Made by a program: the position numbers and the translations under genes | Notes under the pieces: model-generated | What the model saw: only the letters and a program-made list of their open reading frames with translations | Told to the model about the DNA's origin: nothing | The model's database searches: none | Source of the DNA: a virus | IMG/VR virus record: IMGVR_UViG_3300027969_000043 | Span: 64,001 to 128,000 of that record | DNA length: 64,000 nt | Direction: 5' to 3' (one strand) | In this document: positions 10,401 through 20,019 of the stretch, one piece after another | Position numbering within the stretch: the first letter of the stretch is position 1 | Layout: each line of letters starts with the position of its first letter

Positions 10401-13400
10401 TAATTCCAGCAGAATTACCAATAAAATTTGAATATGTTACACCAGTTGCATTTTGACCAGCATCTGAACCAATAAAATTAGAGTCATCTGAGTTAATTGC
10501 TTGATACCCAGCACCACCACCAATAAAGTTTGAATTACTAGAACTAGACGCATAAATACCAGCATTTTGACCGATAAAATTTGAACCAGTAACACCAGTT
10601 AGTTCAGAACCAGCATAATTGCCAATAAAATTTGAGCTTTGAACATTACTTGCCAAATTACCAGCTCCGATTACAGCAAAAAATGAATTAGTTATACCAC
10701 TCGAAGAAGCACCAGCTTCGGTACCAATAAAACTAGATTGATATATATCAAATGTGTTAGTACCAGCGTTATCACCAAAAAAATCTGCCAATTGGGAATC
10801 AATATTATTTGCCCCAGCATTTTTACCAATAAAGTTCGAGCGAGTAGTGCCCGTACTATTACTACCAGCACCTTGCCCAACAACAAACATATCGTTACCC
10901 AAAGCCTCAGCACCAGAACCGATGGCTATTGAATCGCTAGCTGAAACAACTGGTGGTGTTGTTGGATTTGTTGATGGTTCAGCGTAGTATTTTAAAGAAA
11001 CCGTTGACGCACTGCCTGTTAATCCAGAAACTGGATAAGCATGTAGAACACCATCAGTATCAATACTAACAACAAATGTATCAGCTGTTGTTGCTGTTAA
11101 TCCTTGAAATCTAACAGGGTTTGTTGCTGCTGATATGTGTAATGTGTTGGTTGCAGCTGTTGTACCAAAACCAGTGTTTCCTGATGCATCAACATATAAT
11201 CTAATTGTACCAGCACCGTTAGCGATAACGATGCTATTGGTTAAACCACTTGTAAGTTGTGGTATGTTATTACCAATAACAAGGTTATTGCTTCCTGTTA
11301 TAATACCCTTACCAGCATAATTACCAATATAAATATTATTATCACCACTTGTTTGTCCAGAGCCAGCTAGTAAACCAATTAAAATAGTATTGTTTAAATT
11401 AGCAATACCTGTATAACCACTATTTAATACCCCCGTAGCCCACCCAATACTAGTATTACCTGAACCCGTTTGATTATGATACAATGCTCCTTGACCAACA
11501 CCCGTGTTATTAATACCTGTTGTATTATTATATAACGCGGCGTAACCAATACCTGTATTATAGTTACCTGTTGTGTTAAATCTAAGAGCAACGCTACCAG
11601 TACTAGTATTTCCAGTACCAATAGTACTAGTAGCTAATGACGCATAACCAATTGCTGTGTTTGAGTTACCTGTAGTGTTTACAAGTAGAGCACTAGACCC
11701 AACAGCTGTATTAAAACTACTACCAGTTGTGTCTCTTAATGTACCATTACCAACACCTGTATTACTACCACCAACAGCAAGTTTACTCAACGAACCGTAA
11801 CCAATCGCAAAATTTAAATTACCTGTTGTATTTGCAGCTAAAGCACCAGAGCCAATTGCTAAATTTCTAATTCCCGTAGTATTTAATGATAAACTACCCG
11901 CACCAATAGCAGTATTTTCATAACCAGTAGTATTGTTAGTTAACGCACTAGTACCAATTGCGTTATTAGTATATCCAATTGTATTTTTTGCTAAAGCTTG
12001 ATAACCGATTGCAGTATTGCTATAACCACTTGTAACCCCTGATAATGAACCAGCACCAATACCCACATTACCACCAAAATTAACACCAGAATCAATTGTT
12101 GTAAAATTACCAGCACTATTACCTAAAAATAAGTTATTGGTACCATATGAATGAATAAATCTATTTGAATTCTGATTAATAACACCAGAACTTGATGATG
12201 TGGTACTAGGTATACCAACAGTTGTTGCCGATAAATCACCGTTTACCGTAAACCCACTAACTGTATTAAAGTTTGTTGTAAATGTTCGACCACTAGAATC
12301 ATTTATTGTAAATGTATTTGCTGAAGATATATATCCAAAACTAGTAATAACCGTATCAGTATATCCACTTGTAAATCCTGAAACATCAAACACACCACGA
12401 CCACTCAATGCCAACCAATTAAGTGTATCACCTGTTGGTGGTGTAGCACTAGGCCCAGCATTAGCAGATATTACAAAATAATCTTTATTATTACCACTAT
12501 ATGTAACAACCGTATCTGCTGTATATGCAGACACCGCCCTCCAATTACCAGCATAATACAAACCAGTACGGCTATTGCTAACATTTGAATAAAACGTAAC
12601 AACACCACTGTTTTTATTATAGGTACCACCAGTTACAGTCATATCTGTAGCCAATATACTTAGGCTTACTGTTAATGGTGAGTTATTGTTTTGATTAATG
12701 GTTAAATCATAATCACCCTGACTAAATGTAAAACCAGTCACATAAACATCTTGTGGTAACCCATTATATTGTGTTGCCGATATCGTTGTTGCTGAAAAAG
12801 TATTTGCTGTTAAACCACTAGTAAATATTGTCGCACCACCAACAGAACCACCAGTAAAAGTATCTACTGGTAAATTAAGATATGTTGTTGCTGATATTGT
12901 ATTAGCAGATAATCCACCAGTGAATAAAGTAGCCCCATTAACGGTACCACCAGTAAAGTTACCAACTGGCAGATTAAGGTATGTTGTTGCCGATATTGTA
13001 TTACCACTAAGTCCGTTGGTGAATAAAGTAGCCCCGTTAACGGTACCACCAGTAAAATTACCAACTGGTAAGTTAAGATATGTTGTGGCGCTAATTGTAT
13101 TTGCGGTTAAACCACTAGTAAATATTGTCGCACCACCAACTGAACCACCAGTAAAGTTACCAACTGGTAGGTTAAGATATGTTGTTGCTGATATTGTATT
13201 ACCACTAAGTCCGTTGGTAAATAAAGTAGCTCCGCTAACAGTACCACCATCAAAAGGGTCAATGGTTTTTAATACTAAATCATTATCTGCAATACCATTA
13301 TTATACCAGTATTCAATCACACCAGAACCAGAAAAAATACCAACGGTCAACCCCTTTGTTCTTTGTAATGATAGTATATTAGTATTAGCGTCTGTAACAC

Positions 13401-13476
13401 CACTCCATGGACCGTAACGGTTGTCCAATACTTTTGGTGAGTTACTATTTATATTGTCACTAAGATTTATTCCCAT
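7486..13476 (-). CDS. Giant tail fibre/adhesin (1996 aa) with YadA-head/Hep_Hag-like 14-aa repeats
   Basis: Long arrays of N.AIG..AL..NTTG and SNFIG..AG.... repeats, 33-aa N-terminal repeats, and a common phage-fibre C-terminal domain ending ...ATLIKKSGDVWYLSGDISV. Confidence 0.8.
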   Translation of the reverse strand: MGINLSDNINSNSPKVLDNRYGPWSGVTDANTNILSLQRTKGLTVGIFSGSGVIEYWYNNGIADNDLVLKTIDPFDGGTVSGATLFTNGLSGNTISATTYLNLPVGNFTGGSVGGATIFTSGLTANTISATTYLNLPVGNFTGGTVNGATLFTNGLSGNTISATTYLNLPVGNFTGGTVNGATLFTGGLSANTISATTYLNLPVDTFTGGSVGGATIFTSGLTANTFSATTISATQYNGLPQDVYVTGFTFSQGDYDLTINQNNNSPLTVSLSILATDMTVTGGTYNKNSGVVTFYSNVSNSRTGLYYAGNWRAVSAYTADTVVTYSGNNKDYFVISANAGPSATPPTGDTLNWLALSGRGVFDVSGFTSGYTDTVITSFGYISSANTFTINDSSGRTFTTNFNTVSGFTVNGDLSATTVGIPSTTSSSSGVINQNSNRFIHSYGTNNLFLGNSAGNFTTIDSGVNFGGNVGIGAGSLSGVTSGYSNTAIGYQALAKNTIGYTNNAIGTSALTNNTTGYENTAIGAGSLSLNTTGIRNLAIGSGALAANTTGNLNFAIGYGSLSKLAVGGSNTGVGNGTLRDTTGSSFNTAVGSSALLVNTTGNSNTAIGYASLATSTIGTGNTSTGSVALRFNTTGNYNTGIGYAALYNNTTGINNTGVGQGALYHNQTGSGNTSIGWATGVLNSGYTGIANLNNTILIGLLAGSGQTSGDNNIYIGNYAGKGIITGSNNLVIGNNIPQLTSGLTNSIVIANGAGTIRLYVDASGNTGFGTTAATNTLHISAATNPVRFQGLTATTADTFVVSIDTDGVLHAYPVSGLTGSASTVSLKYYAEPSTNPTTPPVVSASDSIAIGSGAEALGNDMFVVGQGAGSNSTGTTRSNFIGKNAGANNIDSQLADFFGDNAGTNTFDIYQSSFIGTEAGASSSGITNSFFAVIGAGNLASNVQSSNFIGNYAGSELTGVTGSNFIGQNAGIYASSSSNSNFIGGGAGYQAINSDDSNFIGSDAGQNATGVTYSNFIGNSAGISANDSIYSNFIGSNVGDGASATSRSNFIGYNAGRLTTGVTSSNFIGDTAGYGINNTDGFGNILKINAIGYNAASNGSDLASSNFIGSNAGSSASGITNSNFIGKDAGKEATDITNSNLFGSDAGGGASESSYSNFMGYGAGNGARNIGGSSFIGSAAGDGARNTSASNFIGTSAGESSTGITFSNFIGYNAGLGVLFSDVTVNSDLNFIGNQAGYQASAITGTTLIGASAGQLSSNIQYGNIIGYEAGSGTTNTKFFNFIGYQAGSGATGNDYSDYIGYRAGLNNYLSYGSVLVGTDAGSRSTGLTYGVVIGFNGLLSAATANNAANVIAIGTNAATNPYFPATGSTNAGTIANSTFIGNLAGAFVSGNSQNTVVIGTEAARASSRLSSSVVIGTSAYKTNKGQATSAVIIGNQAGFQSRQYTADTASTFANTVVIGFQAGKDLSGTSTNSVFIGNSAGLNTNGASASVYIGSNAGINGVTLSSSVGIGLSAGARNYTPSSSIYIGNAAGADSSISGFVTSNVIFIGSSAGNGATTALNSVFVGNNAGLDASGSSTSIIVGQSAGISSTGVTTSIIMGSESGRSIVGGPSDLVAIGYRAGYFMTGGSQSILLGYQTGWRGNLGSNNIIVGTNIGLSGTPSNRINIGGVIFGSNTYATTTGNPSTGATATGMIGIGVETPTARLTLPAATATQASLRLITGSTAPTSPNDGDIWIQNNDLRIRLSGVTKIVQVDPFTASSSTFSGGTVNGATIFTSGLTANTLNVTGNARLAGLTANTLTVTGNTIVSGLTATTISATTYFNLPTYISATTLSGNVLSVTSGGSTALTYTINAVTGGTYNSATGTITLSGTGSVNGNTITGITSASSNVSFGAIIGTAYTLQLSAANNNTIIEMTSSTANVVSIPPSATTNFSTGVQIGIVQNGTGQTSISGGTGVTILSSGGALKLRSQYSFATLIKKSGDVWYLSGDISV
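12780..13254 (-). repeat. Five tandem 99-nt (33-aa) repeats FTGG.V.GAT.FT.GL..NTISATTYLNLPVGN
   Basis: Directly visible in the translation; the fifth copy is partial. Confidence 0.9.
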
Positions 13477-13481
13477 ATTAT

Positions 13482-15248
13482 TTAATTATTTCTAAATTCT
13501 AATGTTTGTTGCACAGTAGGATAAACACTCCAATGCATTTTATAGTTAATTCCAGACCAATAAGATTCTGGACTTTTAACGGGTTGTAAAACGGCTGTTG
13601 TAATAAAACTATTATCAATATTACCAAAATTAAAACCAGTCTCCCACCATAATGTTTTTGTTGTATATCCAGAATAATAAGCAACCCAAATAAATTCACC
13701 AGTATTTAGTGTATTATATGGTATTGATATCGTACCAGATGCTGATGATAAAACTTTATTTGCTGTACCAGCAGATATAGTATCCGCAATATCCTGAGCC
13801 GTTGGCAATGTATTTGATTTACCCCAGAAATATGGGTATATACCTGTTATAGTAAATGTTGTTGAAGAAAAATTACTACTAGCTGCTTGTGGTGCGTTAA
13901 CAGAACGCACAGCTGGTGTTCTTGTATCAACAACTCCTTTGTTATTATTTTTAGAAGACCCAGAGGCATAATTACCGTCACCGTTATAAATTGTTGTTGA
14001 TGAATTACCCACCACAGGTGCTGGTATAACATACGATTCGGAATACGACGGTGTCATTGTGTACCTAAAATTAGGGTTATTAGGATTCGGATAGGTAAAT
14101 TGATTTGGAACAGCTGTTGTTGAAGATACCGCAAACGTCGTATCGGTAAATAATGAAGAACCATCCCTTAATACCCTTAGCTGTGAAAAAGCACCTGCGT
14201 CATTTTTAACACCAAACACACTAATAGTTGGTGAATATGTTACACCAATCTCTAATGTTTGTGTTGATGGACCAGTCATTGTTATTGTTGGTATTGTGTA
14301 TGTTGGATTAGCAACAGGAAATAAAATATCATCAAACAACTGAACCAATGTTCTACCTGTTAATAATGAAACAGTTGTTCCAGCTGATAACCCACCAATA
14401 CCCCTATCCATTGCTAACCCTCCATCTAAAGCAGTATTATAAAGAGAATATAACGAATTACCGTTCCTACCTAAACCAGTATTTGCTGATACCGTAATCC
14501 CAACGTTTGAAAGATTTGAACCATCACCATAATATGTTGATGCACTAACAGTCGTAGCTGATATGGTACCCATATTAGCAGTTGTTGCTGAAATCAGTCC
14601 AGAACTAATAGATACAGCATTTAACGTATTAAATGTTGCAGCACTATTAACGGTTAAATTACCACTAATAGTTAAACCTGTCATACTATTTACCCTCTGC
14701 GTAAATGTTGCACCGCTAGAATCAAAAATACTAAATGTATTATTTTGATATGTAAAACCAGTAACACGTATATCCGTATACCCACTTGCAAATCCAACAA
14801 CAGGAAATGTACCACCACTATTATTAATAAACGTAACAACACCGTTATTTTTGTCATAAGTACCACCAGTTACCCTCATATCTGTAGCTAGTATCGATAA
14901 AGATTCCGTTGTTGACCAAGTGTCGTTTCTACTTATGGTTAAGTTATAGTTAGCAACATCAAAAGTTAAACCAGTCACATAAACATCGTCAGATGGTTTA
15001 AAAAATCCAGTCACGTCAAACGTTCCACCACTAATATTAGTAAAAGTGATAATACCTGTAGTATCATTATAAGTACCGCCAGTTATTACAGCTTCAACAT
15101 TCAATCCATCGGTTATAAAATTAGCTAAAGTACTTAATGCAACTTTTTTTGTTTGGTTACCATTAACAATAGGCATTACATCATTATTGGTTAATGATGT
15201 GGCAAATGTTAATTGACTAATTTTTTTATTTTCGTTTTGTGCTGGCAT
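13482..15248 (-). CDS. Virion structural/fibre protein
   Basis: N-terminal KKISQL...DVMPIV..QTKKV fibre-type motif, VTGGTY/VTGFTY modules shared with neighbours, C-terminal domain paralogous to 2201-3460. Confidence 0.65.
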   Translation of the reverse strand: MPAQNENKKISQLTFATSLTNNDVMPIVNGNQTKKVALSTLANFITDGLNVEAVITGGTYNDTTGIITFTNISGGTFDVTGFFKPSDDVYVTGLTFDVANYNLTISRNDTWSTTESLSILATDMRVTGGTYDKNNGVVTFINNSGGTFPVVGFASGYTDIRVTGFTYQNNTFSIFDSSGATFTQRVNSMTGLTISGNLTVNSAATFNTLNAVSISSGLISATTANMGTISATTVSASTYYGDGSNLSNVGITVSANTGLGRNGNSLYSLYNTALDGGLAMDRGIGGLSAGTTVSLLTGRTLVQLFDDILFPVANPTYTIPTITMTGPSTQTLEIGVTYSPTISVFGVKNDAGAFSQLRVLRDGSSLFTDTTFAVSSTTAVPNQFTYPNPNNPNFRYTMTPSYSESYVIPAPVVGNSSTTIYNGDGNYASGSSKNNNKGVVDTRTPAVRSVNAPQAASSNFSSTTFTITGIYPYFWGKSNTLPTAQDIADTISAGTANKVLSSASGTISIPYNTLNTGEFIWVAYYSGYTTKTLWWETGFNFGNIDNSFITTAVLQPVKSPESYWSGINYKMHWSVYPTVQQTLEFRNN

Positions 15249-15258
15249 CTTTTTTAAT

Positions 15259-17070
15259 TTATTCTTGTTCTATTGCAAAAGAATCTTCCTGTAAAATCCA
15301 ATAATAATTCTCCAAAAGAATTAGGTTTGCGTTTGATGGATAATACCTAGATACTTCGCTTATATAAATATTCTGTATATCTGTAAAATATAAATCACAG
15401 ATATTAAATTTAAATTGAGATATACCCCCAATAAACGTTCCAGCAAAATTTTCTTGTATTGGTAAACCTAAATCATTTTGGTCTCTACCATCAAATGTTT
15501 GCGTTTCAATTAATCCCTGCGAACCGCCACCTAAACTAATGTTAAACGGAACACCAACTTGCTTTTCCATATGCTCTTCAAGCCTTCTTGCGATAAATTC
15601 ACTAAAATTATTTACAGTAAATTTAAGCCTACCATTAATATAAAACATCAACCTACCAGTTCTTGGTTTTTTATATTTAAAATCACAATCATCATAGTAT
15701 TCATCCATTGTATATCGAATAACAACATTTGTCCATGCGTCATTCTGAACCATTCCGCTTGAAGAATAACCCTCTTGTATTGTTATTCCACTAACATAAG
15801 TTGTTCCAGAACATTGACCAGTCACACTTAAAAGCCTGTATCCAATACTACCATCATCTTTAATTCTAAACCCTAATGCGTTATCTAGGATATCTAATTT
15901 GTAATCTAAATTATCAAATTCAATTGATTCACTAAAACCAGAAAAACTACAAACAGTTTGATTACCAAATCCACTAGGATTAGAATTACCGCATGAATGA
16001 CATCTTGTTGAACCACTACCAGCCCTACCATATATTAAAAACGGATTTTCTGTGTTAGTTATTACTGTTTTTGGTGTTGTAATAACTAATGGCCCACCAG
16101 AATAAGTACAAACAGTTTTGCTACCTAGACCGCTATGATTTACAGCACCGCACGAATGACATCTACTTGGACGCATTCCAGCTCTACCATAGATTAAAAA
16201 TGGATTTGTAATATATTCGGTATTTACACTATCTGGATATAAAGATATCAACTCACCACTCGCACCAGTAATAAAAATTTCTGGTTCTTTAGGTATTGTA
16301 CACCAATCACTTAGTGTATCGGTACAACCAGCTGGGACGGTACAACCACTGGTACAACCAGTATCAGCACCCTCAAACAAATTCCAAAATTTATTTTCAG
16401 CACGCGTACCCATATAAAAGAAAAATCCTTTATTGTTCGGGTATGTGTCATTTAATATTGTATCTGTATAACCAGAACACTGGTCTTCTTGTTTTTTTAA
16501 CCAAAATTGTGCGGCCCAAGCCTTATTTACTCTATTTGGTAAAACATCATATGTTGAACCATCTATCTTATAATATCCCTGATAAAAACCACCACACATT
16601 TGAGCATAATCGCCACTATCGTCATTTAATATATCTATTGGGTATATATAATCACCTGTTGTACCTGTGACCCTATTAAGATGCAATCTGCTATCACCAG
16701 ATGGGATAATCAGAGTTGTACCCGTTAATGCAGATAAAATAGCTTGATTTGTTGGGTCTGATGGATTTTTTTCAAAGGTTACCAATCCATTATCAATACC
16801 TGTAATACCTATCGTACTAAAAGTATATCCAGTATTTGTTGCACCAGTCCAATAATATAGACTTGAAATCGTATTTGCGGATGTTGAACCTGAAGAATAT
16901 ATTGCTGGTTCATTAAAATCAAACCAAACAACAGCACATTCACCAGTTATGGGAATATTGGGTATCAACGATTGATTATCATCGTCATTTGCTAGATAAA
17001 AATCCCAATAATCGCTATTAGATAATCTTAAATCCAGCTTTTTATACTTATAGTTTTTTATGTTTCCCAT
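15259..17070 (-). CDS. Virion structural protein, possible ConA/LamG-like beta-sandwich with duplicated Cys motif
   Basis: WTNVVIRY...LMFYINGRL...FIGGISQFKF resembles LamG strands; two NPFLIYGRAG....RCHSCG units. Confidence 0.5.
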   Translation of the reverse strand: MGNIKNYKYKKLDLRLSNSDYWDFYLANDDDNQSLIPNIPITGECAVVWFDFNEPAIYSSGSTSANTISSLYYWTGATNTGYTFSTIGITGIDNGLVTFEKNPSDPTNQAILSALTGTTLIIPSGDSRLHLNRVTGTTGDYIYPIDILNDDSGDYAQMCGGFYQGYYKIDGSTYDVLPNRVNKAWAAQFWLKKQEDQCSGYTDTILNDTYPNNKGFFFYMGTRAENKFWNLFEGADTGCTSGCTVPAGCTDTLSDWCTIPKEPEIFITGASGELISLYPDSVNTEYITNPFLIYGRAGMRPSRCHSCGAVNHSGLGSKTVCTYSGGPLVITTPKTVITNTENPFLIYGRAGSGSTRCHSCGNSNPSGFGNQTVCSFSGFSESIEFDNLDYKLDILDNALGFRIKDDGSIGYRLLSVTGQCSGTTYVSGITIQEGYSSSGMVQNDAWTNVVIRYTMDEYYDDCDFKYKKPRTGRLMFYINGRLKFTVNNFSEFIARRLEEHMEKQVGVPFNISLGGGSQGLIETQTFDGRDQNDLGLPIQENFAGTFIGGISQFKFNICDLYFTDIQNIYISEVSRYYPSNANLILLENYYWILQEDSFAIEQE

Positions 17071-17078
17071 TATAATAT

Positions 17079-17086
17079 ATAAATAT
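17079..17086 (-). promoter_or_regulatory. Putative late promoter ATATTTAT
   Basis: 8 nt upstream of the ATG at 17070. Confidence 0.55.
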
Positions 17087-17093
17087 CAATTTT

Positions 17094-18797
17094 TTATCTA
17101 GCCTTCAATTCTTTTATTTTTATTTCCAAGTCATTAATTTTAATTAATGCCTCTTGAAGAGATTTTACCGTTAATGCTAAAATACCATCATAATCTAAAC
17201 CATAAACACCATCCTTTTTTTCACCATCACCCAAAACCAACTCTGGCGTGGTTTCTAAAACGTCTTGTGCTATAAATCCATGTCTTTTAATACCAACATA
17301 TTTGTTAAATTCAAATTTTGCTGGTTTTAATTGTAAAATAATTGATGAGCTATCACCTGAAATGTATTCAATATTATTTTTTAATCTTTTGTCTGAGGTT
17401 CCACCACCTGGTGTACTTAATACGCCAGCATCCGTTAATGAAAAAATAAGACTTTTATACCCATCATCAATGATTTCTATGTCACCAGCAAGATTAAGTC
17501 TAAATGTTTTTGATGCCTTTGCCGCACCAAGTGCCGTGTTTGTAACACTTATAAAATCAACATAATCGGTACCACCAATTGTATTACTACCGCTGATATC
17601 AATAAATGCGTTTGCAGGACTACCATTAGTTATTACACTACCTTTACCTGATAATATAGTACTAGCAATACCACTAAAACCACCGCTAACAGTATTATTC
17701 ACATAAGCATCACCTTTTACGACCAATTTAGAGCCGTCCCATGTTAAATTAGCACTAGTTGCTGTTTTGCTAGGTGTAATTTGATAAAGTATTCTATTGT
17801 CCGTACCACTTTCACTTACTATGTTAGTTGCTAACGAAGCAGTTCCGTCTAAAGAACCTATCACTGTTGTGGCACTTATTGTATTTGCTGTTAAACCACC
17901 AGTAAATATTGTTCGACCACTTACAGTACCCCCACTTAATGGTAGATAAGCACCTGATGCAGATGAACTACCTGTATACGCAGACAGGCTTATTGTAAAC
18001 GCTGAATATCCATCAGCCCTATTTTGTCTTAACGTTATTGTATTTGAACTTAACGTAAACCCTGTTACAAAAGTATCTGCTGTTACAGGTAAATTAAGAT
18101 ATGTTGTTGCGGATATACTTGCAGCCGTTAAACCACTAACTATTCTTGTATCACCACTAACATCTAGTGTGAACTGAGGTGAAGTGGTTAATATACCCAA
18201 CCTACCACCACTAGTATTGGTAAACCTAGCTATTGCCGTAGTATGACCCCATATATCCACAAAATTTTGATTGCCACCACCAATCCTTAAAGTACTACTA
18301 TCAATCGATTTAAGAACAACCATTTGTGCATAGTCTGTTGGCCTTAAAAAAGATATGCCACCAGAATCAGAATTAATTGTTAATCCATCAGGTATATTAC
18401 CGCCACTATATGAACCAACGGTTGGCGTTGTTCCAATTAATACTCTACCACCAGAACTATTTGCTAATCTAGTTGTTCCAGAAGAAGTTAATTGACCACT
18501 AACAGTTAATCCACTCATACTGTTAATAGTTGCTGAGAATGTAACACCACTCTCAACTATTGAAAATGTATTATTTGTTGTCGTATAACTAAAAGAAGTT
18601 ATTGAACCACCACCTCCACTAGTACTTCCAGAACTAGATACATTACTCCAAAGATTACTACCATTTTTATTGATATATATTGTACCAGTACTTTTATCTG
18701 TAAACAAAGTTCCTATTGGCGCTAAATGCGTCGGTACACCAAGTCCACTTTGTATTGAACCTGAATTTAAACCATCCTCTCTTATTTCTATTGCCAT
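17094..18797 (-). CDS. Tail fibre/spike with C-terminal peptidase S74 intramolecular chaperone
   Basis: SDKRLKNNI...LKPAKF...HGFIAQDV...PELV...LDYDGILALTVKSLQE followed by a coiled coil. Confidence 0.85.
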   Translation of the reverse strand: MAIEIREDGLNSGSIQSGLGVPTHLAPIGTLFTDKSTGTIYINKNGSNLWSNVSSSGSTSGGGGSITSFSYTTTNNTFSIVESGVTFSATINSMSGLTVSGQLTSSGTTRLANSSGGRVLIGTTPTVGSYSGGNIPDGLTINSDSGGISFLRPTDYAQMVVLKSIDSSTLRIGGGNQNFVDIWGHTTAIARFTNTSGGRLGILTTSPQFTLDVSGDTRIVSGLTAASISATTYLNLPVTADTFVTGFTLSSNTITLRQNRADGYSAFTISLSAYTGSSSASGAYLPLSGGTVSGRTIFTGGLTANTISATTVIGSLDGTASLATNIVSESGTDNRILYQITPSKTATSANLTWDGSKLVVKGDAYVNNTVSGGFSGIASTILSGKGSVITNGSPANAFIDISGSNTIGGTDYVDFISVTNTALGAAKASKTFRLNLAGDIEIIDDGYKSLIFSLTDAGVLSTPGGGTSDKRLKNNIEYISGDSSSIILQLKPAKFEFNKYVGIKRHGFIAQDVLETTPELVLGDGEKKDGVYGLDYDGILALTVKSLQEALIKINDLEIKIKELKAR

Positions 18798-18803
18798 TAT
18801 ATA

Positions 18804-20003
18804 TTAAAATGATTCTAAATTTATTCTTTTCCAGCCATTTTCTGTTTTTAAATACAGATAATTCTCATCTCTTGTAAGGTTACCTAAATCACCCGATAAA
18901 TCTTGTGATGATATTGGTGTAAATGCTGGGATGATTAAACCGTTTGGTTTTAAATTTGTATTTGTTGTCCAATCACCGTTTTCATCTGTTTCTAAAAATG
19001 CGTTTTGGTTATCAGCAATTGCATGTAAAACAATAATACCACCACCAATCGATGTTTGATGATTACCATTATAGTTTAATTCAATATTATTATCTTCAGC
19101 AACAACGGTTTGTGTGTTTAAACTCTCTCTATTTACATTTATTGTAACATCACCATTTACCAATTCTTTTATTGCTTCAACCAATAATGCTGTAACATCT
19201 TTATAATGAACGCTCATATATTTACCATCGTTATGCGTTAACTCTGGAACAACCTCATTTACCTCCTGCGCAATAAAACCTATTTTTGTTGCGTTTCCAC
19301 CGCTATTTCTATCTTTCCAATTAAATGTTACACCCCTAAGGTTTAACACTTTATTTAATGCATCATCAATATTGTTGATATTTTCTTTTAGACTAACATC
19401 TGATGCATTATTCACCAAGAAACCATTTGCATCAATACCAACGTCAATTGTGCCTGGGCCCGAACCTAGATTTGTTATTACCATTCTTTCAGTTCTAGTG
19501 ATGCCAGAGACATCAACCCAAATTGTCCTACCAGTATAATCTAGTGTACCAGCACTTAAATAAGTCAAAAGTGACGTTGTTACGGTACCTGTAAAAACAC
19601 CAGCTGACGGACTAACACAAATTTGTGGTGTGATATCAAAACTAACACCTGAATAGTTTAAGTAATATCTATTTCCATCGGTAGTCCCACTTGTATTACC
19701 CGTATATACTTGACCAGTATTTTGTGTTAAACCACTATTTGTACTTGTTATTGCTGATATACGCGAGTTAGCAATATTCATTTTTGTATCATACCAAGTA
19801 AAAACTGTAACGCCAGTATTACCTGAAAAAGTGCTAAGAACACCAGATACAGTTGAAGTAGCAGCCGTTGTTATTAAATCTGGGCCTGTAGTTAAAGAGC
19901 TAAAAGTAACACCAAATGCGGTTCCACCAGATAAAACACTAAATGTTTCTGGTTGTTGTTTTACCTGTCTTGTTGAAAAATCTAATTTTGTTCTAAATTC
20001 CAT
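18804..20003 (-). CDS. Tail fibre-associated protein with internal peptidase S74 domain
   Basis: SDVSLKENI...LRGVTFNWKD...IGFIAQEV..VVPEL...VHYKDVTALLVEAIKEL, then ~115 further residues. Confidence 0.8.
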   Translation of the reverse strand: MEFRTKLDFSTRQVKQQPETFSVLSGGTAFGVTFSSLTTGPDLITTAATSTVSGVLSTFSGNTGVTVFTWYDTKMNIANSRISAITSTNSGLTQNTGQVYTGNTSGTTDGNRYYLNYSGVSFDITPQICVSPSAGVFTGTVTTSLLTYLSAGTLDYTGRTIWVDVSGITRTERMVITNLGSGPGTIDVGIDANGFLVNNASDVSLKENINNIDDALNKVLNLRGVTFNWKDRNSGGNATKIGFIAQEVNEVVPELTHNDGKYMSVHYKDVTALLVEAIKELVNGDVTINVNRESLNTQTVVAEDNNIELNYNGNHQTSIGGGIIVLHAIADNQNAFLETDENGDWTTNTNLKPNGLIIPAFTPISSQDLSGDLGNLTRDENYLYLKTENGWKRINLESF

Positions 20004-20019
20004 TTTTATTGGTTTTATA

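Noticed and set aside
12780-13254. Regular 99-nt repeats as a possible CRISPR array or DGR template/variable repeat
   Set aside because: In-frame coding repeats without unique spacers; differences are not adenine-specific; no cas or reverse transcriptase gene in the window.
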